A DNA stretch of 64,000 nt, taken from positions 68,166-132,165 of the forward strand of contig JAEOUH010000070.1 in the NCBI GenBank assembly GCA_016839365.1, given 5' to 3'. Positions 10,107 to 17,995 of the stretch are shown here, one piece after another. Every line of letters begins with the position of its first letter. Position 1 is the first letter of the stretch. The notes under the pieces are model-generated. The model had not been told where the DNA came from. It saw only the letters and a list, made by a program, of their open reading frames with translations, and ran no database searches. Position numbers and translations under genes: made by a program. The DNA comes from Candidatus Hermodarchaeota archaeon. GTDB lineage: Archaea; Asgardarchaeota; Hermodarchaeia; Hermodarchaeales; Hermodarchaeaceae.

Positions 10107-10574
10107 ATGGTGGAATCTCAATTCATGCTAAACTTCAGTTATATAATCCCTGGAGTCCTGGCGGGATCAAGTTTTCCACATGGACAAGAGGACCTCGAAC
10201 GACTTGTCAAAGAAGGCATCCAAGTCTTGGTCACCGCTATGGAGCATACTATCGACGAAGAACTTGTCAAAGTCTTAGGGCTCGAATACCACTATTTTCC
10301 CGTACTTCCATATGGAACTCCTTCACTAACAGATATCAACCAGTTTGTCGATCTTGTCAATAAGAGCCGTGAAAAACACCGACCTGTCGCAGTACATTGT
10401 TGGATGGGATGGGGACGTACAGGTACATTTCTTGCCGCCTACCTAATCAGTCAGGGGATGAGTGCAGATGAAGCCATATATCGAGTCCGCGAAAAGCGAC
10501 CGAACTCAATTGAGACCTTTGGACAGGAACAATTCCTCCATATTTATGAGCAGAGCCTAGTGCTTCGAAAATAA
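10107..10574 (+). CDS. Dual-specificity / protein-tyrosine phosphatase (Cys-X5-Arg)
   Basis: Active-site loop VAVHCWMGWGRTG (H-C-X5-R-T) at nt 10395-10421. The 155-aa size is typical of small DSP/PTPs. Confidence 0.8.
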   Translation: MVESQFMLNFSYIIPGVLAGSSFPHGQEDLERLVKEGIQVLVTAMEHTIDEELVKVLGLEYHYFPVLPYGTPSLTDINQFVDLVNKSREKHRPVAVHCWMGWGRTGTFLAAYLISQGMSADEAIYRVREKRPNSIETFGQEQFLHIYEQSLVLRK

Positions 10575-10590
10575 CTGGTCCTTAATCTTG

Positions 10591-11589
10591 CTAGTGTTCA
10601 TGGTCATGCTCGTGACCATTGGGAGACGGAACGAATGTGTTCATTTCCTCTTCTGTATCAAAGGCGTGGCATTCTACTTGGATAGTCGTATGTTGAATTC
10701 CATGTTTTTCACAAAGGAAATAGTTCACATTATCAATTAATTGCTGTGTTGCACTAACGGAGCAGTCCTCGCTGACAAGCAGGTGCATGGATATGCAATA
10801 CACACCAGATGTCAGCTCCCAGAGGTGCACATCATGAACGTGGTGGATTTCAGGGAAATTATCTATAATCTCCTTTTCGAGCTCATCAAGGTCGTATCCT
10901 GCCGGTGCAGACTGGAGGAGAATACGTGCAGTTGTTCGAATGAGTTGGACTCCCCATAGAAGGATAATAATTGCTATGAAAATGCTTACAAAAGGATCAA
11001 TGAATAACCATCCTGTGAATAAAATAACGACTGCTGCGATTATGACGCCAATTGACGAGAAGGTGTCACTAATTACATGTAAAAAAGCTCCTTTGACGTT
11101 GTGGTCTCCCTGGCTGCTCCCATGGAGGATAAGCATTGTTACAAGATTCACAATGAACCCAAGAACAGCGATTAGAAGGAGTTCAGGGACAAGAATTGGA
11201 ACGGGGATCAACAACCGCTGGACCGCCTCTATAAGGATGAAGATACTAATGATAAAAACGAAAATAGCATTAAACAATCCGCCAAGGATTTCAATCCGAT
11301 AATAACCGAACGTATATCGTCGTGGAGCCGAGCGCGTCGCGATTATAATCGCTGCTAATGCAATTGACAGAGCTAGAAAATGGGTGAGCATATGACCCGC
11401 ATCACTGACAAGGGCAAGACTACCAGTGAGGATGCCTCCAATTAACTCAACAACCATCATTGAACCAGTTAACAAGATTCCTAACAGGAGACGAGTTCGT
11501 GTCATCCTTCGATAGGTAGCAGAATCACCTTCTCGATGTTCAAAGTGATGCCCATGTCCTGGAGTAGGCCGCTCTTTGTCAGTACCCAT
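10591..11589 (-). CDS. Cation diffusion facilitator (Zn/Co/Cd efflux) transporter
   Basis: Six TM helices with HxxxD-type metal sites (GHMLTHFLAL, HVISDTFSS). A C-terminal cytoplasmic domain is present, with His-rich N- and C-termini (GHGHHFEH, HEHDHEH). Confidence 0.9.
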   Translation of the reverse strand: MGTDKERPTPGHGHHFEHREGDSATYRRMTRTRLLLGILLTGSMMVVELIGGILTGSLALVSDAGHMLTHFLALSIALAAIIIATRSAPRRYTFGYYRIEILGGLFNAIFVFIISIFILIEAVQRLLIPVPILVPELLLIAVLGFIVNLVTMLILHGSSQGDHNVKGAFLHVISDTFSSIGVIIAAVVILFTGWLFIDPFVSIFIAIIILLWGVQLIRTTARILLQSAPAGYDLDELEKEIIDNFPEIHHVHDVHLWELTSGVYCISMHLLVSEDCSVSATQQLIDNVNYFLCEKHGIQHTTIQVECHAFDTEEEMNTFVPSPNGHEHDHEH

Positions 11590-11701
11590 TCTAATCTACA
11601 ACGCCTTTCCATTTGAGATGCAAGACTTGGGTTTTTTAGCCTTACTGATAACCTGATTCGTTTTTAGTGAACGAATCTTGGAACCAGCAAAGACGGTACG
11701 T

Positions 11702-13114
11702 CTAATCTTTCTTCCACATTTCATCGCCGATATATTGACCAATGCCACTGGAGTCTTTGGGCCCCACTTTGACGGTCCACTTGCTGGCTTCTTCGGTTTC
11801 ACCGCTAAGGCGTGCAGCCATCCCAGGGCTAATGAGGATGCGATGATTCACCTTATCCTCAACACCAGATTCTTTGATCGCTTCAGCGATGATATCAGCA
11901 GTGAGTTTCCGTCCCGCAACAGCAGATTGGATGCTTAGCCCTTCAGTATCCACGACAACCAAATATGCATCAATCCCCGCTTGCTTAATGTCACTTTCAA
12001 CAGTGAAGTAAGTGAGGGCGAAATTTGAGGTGTACATGACCGGTGAATCTTGGTTGGGTGAACCGAATTCGCGGAGTCCAGGCTCGACGGCAACCGGTTT
12101 CACCGGATCCGTATAGATGTTGGTTCGAAGAAAAGTCAAGGGTAGTTGAACCCACATATCCAAACTGTGCAAAACCAGAATATCCGCATACCGAATAATC
12201 ATCGATGCACCGGCCAGCGTTTCTTGCCATCTGGCGAGTTCTTCAGCTTCTCCTTCCTTGTGATCACCCCATACTGAAATGGGAGTGGCAAGCAATGGAA
12301 AGCCAACTCCTTGATCTCTTTCTCGGGTTGCTGCTCGTCGCAGCATGCTGAAATCATCAACGGTTGTCCCGAGGGCAGCACCATACTCGTTGCCTGGGTC
12401 CAGGACAACATCAATGCCCATTTGGTCAAGAGTTGTAGCAAGGGATTTCAGTTTGGTTAAATCGCCAGGAGCATAGGCGACTAGCGGACACTGATATTTC
12501 AAGGCAACATCGGTCAGTTCTTGCCATGTGTCCGCTGTAGCTGCATATAATAGGGGGCGACGCCCCTGCAAAGCTTCAGCTCCTGCAGCTAAGACCTTGG
12601 GGTTCAAGGAACACAACATGATGGGCATGTTCGTCAATTCGCCTACGCGTTTCGCTGCTTCGGCAAACTTCTTCGGATCCCGAGAAACTGATCGCAGTGC
12701 AATTCCGTCTAATCGCAGGTTTATCCCGATGTAAAGATAGGTCCAGTCCTCGATTGCCTTGACACGTTTCTTTAATTCCTCCGCTGACGCTGTATCCGCT
12801 ATATCGATAAAAAAAGCCGTTGGATGCATGTATCGTAAGTCATGTCGATAGAGCACCAGCTCTCCACCAATCAAGACTTTTTTCTCCCCAGTTCCAACTT
12901 GAACCTCTTTAACGGGGGGTCGCATAAGTTCTTCAAGTTTGTCTCGTTTCTTTGCATACTCCCTCTCCCGATACAACGGAGTACACGCTTTGATGCCTAG
13001 CGTATATTCAGCCGCTTTTGTCGCAAAGGCCATGCAATTCGCTTCACCGCATTCCCCACAATTCGTCTGGGGGAGCAGAGGATAGATGTCCATCGGTCCT
13101 GCACGTTTTGCCAT
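11702..13114 (-). CDS. cdhE: Acetyl-CoA decarbonylase/synthase gamma subunit (corrinoid Fe-S protein large subunit, CdhE/AcsC)
   Basis: N-terminal 4Fe-4S motif NCGECGEANCMAF...C. Blocks RRPLLYAAT, NIYTDP, SPVMYTSNFALTYF and VVDTEGLS match CFeSP large subunits along the whole length (recalled AcsC alignment). Confidence 0.85.
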   Translation of the reverse strand: MAKRAGPMDIYPLLPQTNCGECGEANCMAFATKAAEYTLGIKACTPLYREREYAKKRDKLEELMRPPVKEVQVGTGEKKVLIGGELVLYRHDLRYMHPTAFFIDIADTASAEELKKRVKAIEDWTYLYIGINLRLDGIALRSVSRDPKKFAEAAKRVGELTNMPIMLCSLNPKVLAAGAEALQGRRPLLYAATADTWQELTDVALKYQCPLVAYAPGDLTKLKSLATTLDQMGIDVVLDPGNEYGAALGTTVDDFSMLRRAATRERDQGVGFPLLATPISVWGDHKEGEAEELARWQETLAGASMIIRYADILVLHSLDMWVQLPLTFLRTNIYTDPVKPVAVEPGLREFGSPNQDSPVMYTSNFALTYFTVESDIKQAGIDAYLVVVDTEGLSIQSAVAGRKLTADIIAEAIKESGVEDKVNHRILISPGMAARLSGETEEASKWTVKVGPKDSSGIGQYIGDEMWKKD

Positions 13115-13180
13115 GATAACGCCTCATTTGCACTGAATGGGCATCAGTATTGCCGGGTTTAGATAATTAGCTTTTGTGCT

Positions 13181-13191
13181 TATGATAAAAG
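13181..13191 (-). promoter_or_regulatory. TATA/BRE-like box (CTTTTATCATA on minus strand) about 70 bp upstream of the cdhE start
   Basis: Exact 11-mer TATGATAAAAG on the plus strand. The same 11-mer recurs at 54625-54635 and 62360-62370, always in this orientation and always intergenic. Confidence 0.4.
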
Positions 13192-13206
13192 AACCACGGA
13201 ACTCCT

Positions 13207-13974
13207 TCATTGGAGAAACTGCTCTTGGATTATGCGTTCTTCCAGAGAGTGTCCTTCATCGAATAAGACCTTGACAAATTGCGACCGGTCCTCCTGCACT
13301 TTGATATTGATGGGAAACTTGACTTCATCAAAATCAGCCGAGACAGAAACCGGTCGGTTCTCCGGATCAAGGATCTCAAAATCTACAATCGCGGTTTGGG
13401 GCAACAATGCGCCAGACCAACGACGGGGGCGGAAGGGATTGAGGGGTGTTAAAGCTAAGACATTAGCTCCAATAGGGATGATTGGACCTCGGGCTGAGAG
13501 ATTATACGCTGTGCTACCTGCAGGGGTGGCAACTAAGATGCCATCACAAATGAGGTTTTCTAAACGGACTTTGTTATTAATAGAGACGCGGATATTGGCA
13601 GACTGCTGGGCTTGCCGTATAATGGCGACCTCGTTAAATCCGATGGCAACATGCGTCTTACCATCCGCTGTTTGAGCCACCATCTTCAATGGATAAATGC
13701 GCTCCTCTTTTGCAGCTAAAATACGCTCTAGAAGCCCCTCTTCCTTGTATTTATTCATAAGAAAACCGATGGTTCCACGATTCATCCCATATACTTGTAC
13801 ATCTTGGTTAACAAATTGGTGGAAACAGCGGAGCATAAATCCATCACCACCTAGCGCTACTACCACTTCTGCTTCTTCGACGGGGATAAAATTAATTTGA
13901 CCGCTTAACACTTCGTATGCCTGGAGGGCAGGCGAAGTTTCCGAGTGAACACAAGCAATCCTTGAGGAGGGCAT
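13207..13974 (-). CDS. nadK: NAD kinase
   Basis: GGDGFML motif (VVALGGDGFMLR), TPAGSTAYNLSA motif, ~255 aa. Confidence 0.85.
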   Translation of the reverse strand: MPSSRIACVHSETSPALQAYEVLSGQINFIPVEEAEVVVALGGDGFMLRCFHQFVNQDVQVYGMNRGTIGFLMNKYKEEGLLERILAAKEERIYPLKMVAQTADGKTHVAIGFNEVAIIRQAQQSANIRVSINNKVRLENLICDGILVATPAGSTAYNLSARGPIIPIGANVLALTPLNPFRPRRWSGALLPQTAIVDFEILDPENRPVSVSADFDEVKFPINIKVQEDRSQFVKVLFDEGHSLEERIIQEQFLQ

Positions 13975-14070
13975 AGCAAATCACGCAACCCTATGATTTC
14001 TATATCTATTTAGTATGCTTATTCTTTGGTGTGAAGCTGTATAAATTAACTATTCACAGCTGGTGAATTC

Positions 14071-15225
14071 ATGGCTTTAGAAATTAGTCAAGAACAAGTG
14101 AATCGGTTTAGAATGGATAGGCACTATTTGAGTAAGCGAGCATTAAAGAGAGACTTAGCGGCTGTTGTCGAACGAGTGTGTGGTATTCAGGCGCAGATGC
14201 CTGCTGCAGCCAACCTTCAACTCTGGGCACGCATTCAAGATCTCGAACCTGAAGACATTACTACCAACCTCTGGACCACTAAAGCACTTCTCCGGACTTG
14301 GTCGATGCGAGGGACGGCGCATTACCATTCCACCTCCCAGTTTCAAGCTTATTTGAAAGCAATAATTGAACCCCGGATACCAAGACATAAAGAATGGCTA
14401 GCGAAGCGGGGGATGCGGGAATTCGGAGAAGTAGCCAAATTTGATCCATCTCAACATGACTTCGAAGCCATACTAGCTGCTGTCACCAAGGCATTAAAAG
14501 ATGGACCTGCAACCCGAGATGAAGTGGCTACCGTAGTGGCAAAGGAAGTCGGTCCTGAAGCCCGTCCTTGGGTTGATACAGGCTACTACATTGTTACCAA
14601 ACTATTGGCGTATGAGGGAAAGGTTTGTTTTGGCCCCGATTTGGAAGGGAAAGCCACACTCGTCCTGACTAATCAATGGCTCCCGAAACAGCCAAGGGTT
14701 AGTAAAGAAGCAGCAGAAGATACGGTTCTATCGCATTACCTCCAATGTTATGGACCAGCGACCCCTCAAGATTTCTCAGCATGGTCCGATCTTAAAATGC
14801 TAGCAGTGAAGCCAATTTGGGAGCGAAACAGCCCACATCTTGTCGAAGTAACTCTTAATGAGAAGCCTGTTTGGATTCTAGAGAAGGATCTTGATACGCT
14901 GCTGAATATACAACTAAAATCCCAGCCACTTCGCCTCCTCCCCCATTTCGATTCATTCTTACTCGGGCACAAAGAAAAAAGCCACATCGTTGAAGAAGCC
15001 CATTACAAACGAGTATTCAAAAAAGCCGCATGGATTGCCCCTATCCTACTCAAGGATGGAGTAGCCATCGGAATCTGGAAGCAGACACGTACATCAAAGA
15101 AAGTCACAGTCACAGCAGAACCGTTCGAGATATTCACAAAATCACAGCTTGAAGATTTAGAAGCTGAAACACAACGGTTAGGGGCCTTCTTCGATTTGGA
15201 TTCTGAAGTGAAGGTGATGAAATGA
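14071..15225 (+). CDS. HTH_42 winged-helix DNA glycosylase, AlkZ-like subtype (Q-hydrophobic-Q motif)
   Basis: YcaQ/AlkZ-family pattern (N-terminal RF...HYL, WTTKALLRTWSMRGT.H, C-terminal beta domain). The putative catalytic motif GIQAQ (Q-A-Q) sits at nt 14188-14196. RBS GGTGA lies upstream. Confidence 0.7.
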   Translation: MALEISQEQVNRFRMDRHYLSKRALKRDLAAVVERVCGIQAQMPAAANLQLWARIQDLEPEDITTNLWTTKALLRTWSMRGTAHYHSTSQFQAYLKAIIEPRIPRHKEWLAKRGMREFGEVAKFDPSQHDFEAILAAVTKALKDGPATRDEVATVVAKEVGPEARPWVDTGYYIVTKLLAYEGKVCFGPDLEGKATLVLTNQWLPKQPRVSKEAAEDTVLSHYLQCYGPATPQDFSAWSDLKMLAVKPIWERNSPHLVEVTLNEKPVWILEKDLDTLLNIQLKSQPLRLLPHFDSFLLGHKEKSHIVEEAHYKRVFKKAAWIAPILLKDGVAIGIWKQTRTSKKVTVTAEPFEIFTKSQLEDLEAETQRLGAFFDLDSEVKVMK

Positions 15226-16142
15226 TATTAGACAAGGAAGAAGCAGCTAGATTTTACAAACAAGTCGAAAAGCACTTCATTAAATGGGCAAATACTCAAG
15301 ATCACATTCGGGCTGCTATTGTGGTGGGCTCACAAGTACGCCCAAGTGCCCCAGCAGATGAATGGTCTGACCTGGATATCATTATCTTTTCAACAAATCC
15401 TAGCATCCTCATTGATTCAGAAGATTGGGTGGGTGAATTCGGGAATCCTGTGATCACCTTCATTGAACCCACAGCCAGCGGGGAAGGAGAAGAGCGCAGA
15501 GTACTTTATGATAATGGGTTAGATGTCGATTTTGCAGTTGACCCGATCCAATACATCCTTGAAACCAATAAGCACGGGATGACACCCAAATTAGCTCGTG
15601 AGCTGACTGATATTATTGGACGTGGTGTCGGAATTCTTGTTGACAAAGACAAGGTCATGGACAAGTTCATTACCGAGTTCAAACAGCATAAGCTTCCCCC
15701 ACCTAGTCAACCAACCGAATACAACTACCTTGAACGAGTGAATGATTTCTGGTATCACACAGTTTGGGCTGCTAAGAAAATTCGCCGAGGTGAATTGTGG
15801 GAAGGCAAAGCCTGTATAGACTCTTATATGAAGGGTCGCTGTTTATTGCCACTTATAGAATGGCATGCACGCCTAACTCAAGGAAAAGAGCATGACACCT
15901 GGTTCCGCGGCCGGTTCATGGAACGATGGGCGGATCCCCGAATCATTGCTGATCTTCGCAGTGCATTTGCCCATTACGACGAGGAGGATGTCTGGCAAGC
16001 GCTCGCTAACACAATGCAACTCTTCCGATGGATTGCCAGAGAAGTCGCAGAAAAGCTAGATTATACCTATCCCACGAATGCTGACCAGTTCGCTAGTCGG
16101 TGGGTAGATGCAGCATATTGGGATAAAGAGTCAAACGAGTAG
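15222..16142 (+). CDS. ANT(6)/AadK-like nucleotidyltransferase (aminoglycoside 6-adenylyltransferase family)
   Basis: NTase motif VGSQ...x...WSDLDIIIF. C-terminal blocks NDFWYHTVWAAKKIRRGELWEG and VWQALANTMQLFRWIAREVAEKLDYTYP parallel B. subtilis AadK (recalled). The start overlaps the upstream stop (ATGA at 15222-15225). Confidence 0.65.
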   Translation: MILDKEEAARFYKQVEKHFIKWANTQDHIRAAIVVGSQVRPSAPADEWSDLDIIIFSTNPSILIDSEDWVGEFGNPVITFIEPTASGEGEERRVLYDNGLDVDFAVDPIQYILETNKHGMTPKLARELTDIIGRGVGILVDKDKVMDKFITEFKQHKLPPPSQPTEYNYLERVNDFWYHTVWAAKKIRRGELWEGKACIDSYMKGRCLLPLIEWHARLTQGKEHDTWFRGRFMERWADPRIIADLRSAFAHYDEEDVWQALANTMQLFRWIAREVAEKLDYTYPTNADQFASRWVDAAYWDKESNE

Positions 16143-16150
16143 GCCACTAT

Positions 16151-16744
16151 ATGGAATTTAATAAGGTGAAACGCGCATTTGCTGATATGAGAATTCTTGT
16201 AGCCTATTACAGTGAAACTGGGAATACCAAACAAGTGGCTCAAGCGATGTATGAGGCCGCTTCCATAGATAATGAAGCGGAAATTAAAAGGATACAAGAT
16301 ATATTGGTTGATGAGCTCACGAAATATGATTTGTTAATTCTTGGGGCATGTTGTCACGATACGGACCTTGCCCGTCCCTTCAAACGCTTCTTAGATACTC
16401 TCCCCCCAAACCCCCATTTCAAACTCGCAGGATTCTTTACCCATGCAACCTTTACTCCTGAACATACGGCAAGAAGGAAGGAATTGTTCGCCCAATGGGC
16501 TGGTCGGTGTGAACCAACCTTTAAGCGAGTTTCTCAAGAAAAAGGGATTGACTTTCTTGGCTCTTTTCATTGCATGGGGGCCGCATCTGACCCAATTGAA
16601 AAATTTATTCACCAAGAAATCATCACCTCTGAAGAAGAATGGGACGAATATTATCCTGAACTCAAAAGGCATCCCAATTCCGATGATCTAGATAATGCCA
16701 AGAAGTTCGTCGTAAAAATACTCACAAAACTCTCTCCATCGTAG
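16151..16744 (+). CDS. Flavodoxin-like protein
   Basis: The FMN-loop-like N-terminus MRILVAYYSETGNTKQVA suggests the true start may be the ATG at 16187. The gene lies 8 nt after the NTase stop. Confidence 0.6.
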   Translation: MEFNKVKRAFADMRILVAYYSETGNTKQVAQAMYEAASIDNEAEIKRIQDILVDELTKYDLLILGACCHDTDLARPFKRFLDTLPPNPHFKLAGFFTHATFTPEHTARRKELFAQWAGRCEPTFKRVSQEKGIDFLGSFHCMGAASDPIEKFIHQEIITSEEEWDEYYPELKRHPNSDDLDNAKKFVVKILTKLSPS

Positions 16745-16951
16745 GAAGGCCTCATTCATAGTAAGGCATTAAACGCTTCAAATCTGGTTGATTTTTTCAA
16801 GCAAATCAACACACGATTTCTCCATGGTTGCGAGTCCGCCTGTTGGTCCACTCTCGTCGATGAAGGTAAAAACCGTTTCTTTATTCATAACTGGTTCCCT
16901 ACACGCTGATTTGCAAACTAATAGGGTGACTAGTGAGGTAAATGGTTTAGT

Positions 16952-17995
16952 TCAGAAACGGCGTCGTTTTTTCGGATAGACCTGGAAGGGTGTTCGAGGT
17001 TCCAAGCTAAACCAATCTGTTTCCTGGTCTAGACGCGTCAAGGATCGAAGCAGATCAAAGGTGACCCAGCGTGACACTTCTGGGTACCGTCGATATTCCC
17101 AGAGGCCGTAGGGACCTTGTAGCCCCTTGACGAATTTTACGTTTTCATCAACTCGGGGGTCCTCAAGGTTGGCTCCAATCCGCCATGACAAATCCAGCAT
17201 CTGTCCAACATCGTATCGCCGGAAATATGTAAATCCGCCACGAGGTGGCTCAGCTCCCACGATACGTGCCACTTCAAACCCCAGTGTATGGGCTTGGCGC
17301 TGCTCTTGGGCAAGCAACTTATCCAATCCTTTACGAGCAGGCTCACTTTTTCGTCGAGTGGGATGGAGGGCCAGTGCACTCACTGCTGCAGTAGTGTTGG
17401 TTCGACAGCCAAACTTTGAATGTGGGAGTCGACGATAACCTGCAGCAAAAATGAATTTTTCTTTATGGCGCCCTGATGGCCATCCGCCTTCAGGTAGTTC
17501 CTCATTGATTAGCCACTCATAAGCGGCTTCAGCGCGTTTATCCGTTGCATATCCCGCCCAGGCAAGTCCGATTAAAGGCAAAGCCGTCTGGACTGGCATG
17601 GCATGATACTTCACATCCTGCGATTTGCCACCATCCAGCAGAGCTCCCGGCGTAATCAACGGAAAGGCTCCATCCGATTGCTGTTGAGCAAAAAGGAATT
17701 CGGCCCCCTTTCTGATAGCAGAGTTCTTTGGGCCTAACCCGAAATACCCCAGGCCCATGAGGGCTTGGGCCGTCATGCGAATCTGTCCCAAAAAGGCACC
17801 CCCGCCTTCTCCGCTCCGAAAGGCTCCGTCTTGTTCCTGTAAGGCAAGGAACTTCTCAACTATTGGATCAGATTTTTGGAGCTTTTGGAGTTCTTGGATC
17901 TCTGAATCCGATTCAGGTCGGCTCAGAAGGTCGCGCAACACAAGAAGCCGGAGACTTGGCGATGGGTCAGCAAGAAGCAGTGGGGCCCAAGTCAT
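16952..17995 (-). CDS. Alpha/alpha-toroid (prenyltransferase / squalene-cyclase-like repeat) protein, function unknown
   Basis: Four spaced Q..DG.F / EGGW type repeats (QEQDGAF, QQSDGAFP, ELPEGGWPSG, LQGPYGLWEY). Its ATG (17993-17995) overlaps the TGA (17992-17994) of the upstream UvrA-like gene. Confidence 0.5.
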   Translation of the reverse strand: MTWAPLLLADPSPSLRLLVLRDLLSRPESDSEIQELQKLQKSDPIVEKFLALQEQDGAFRSGEGGGAFLGQIRMTAQALMGLGYFGLGPKNSAIRKGAEFLFAQQQSDGAFPLITPGALLDGGKSQDVKYHAMPVQTALPLIGLAWAGYATDKRAEAAYEWLINEELPEGGWPSGRHKEKFIFAAGYRRLPHSKFGCRTNTTAAVSALALHPTRRKSEPARKGLDKLLAQEQRQAHTLGFEVARIVGAEPPRGGFTYFRRYDVGQMLDLSWRIGANLEDPRVDENVKFVKGLQGPYGLWEYRRYPEVSRWVTFDLLRSLTRLDQETDWFSLEPRTPFQVYPKKRRRF

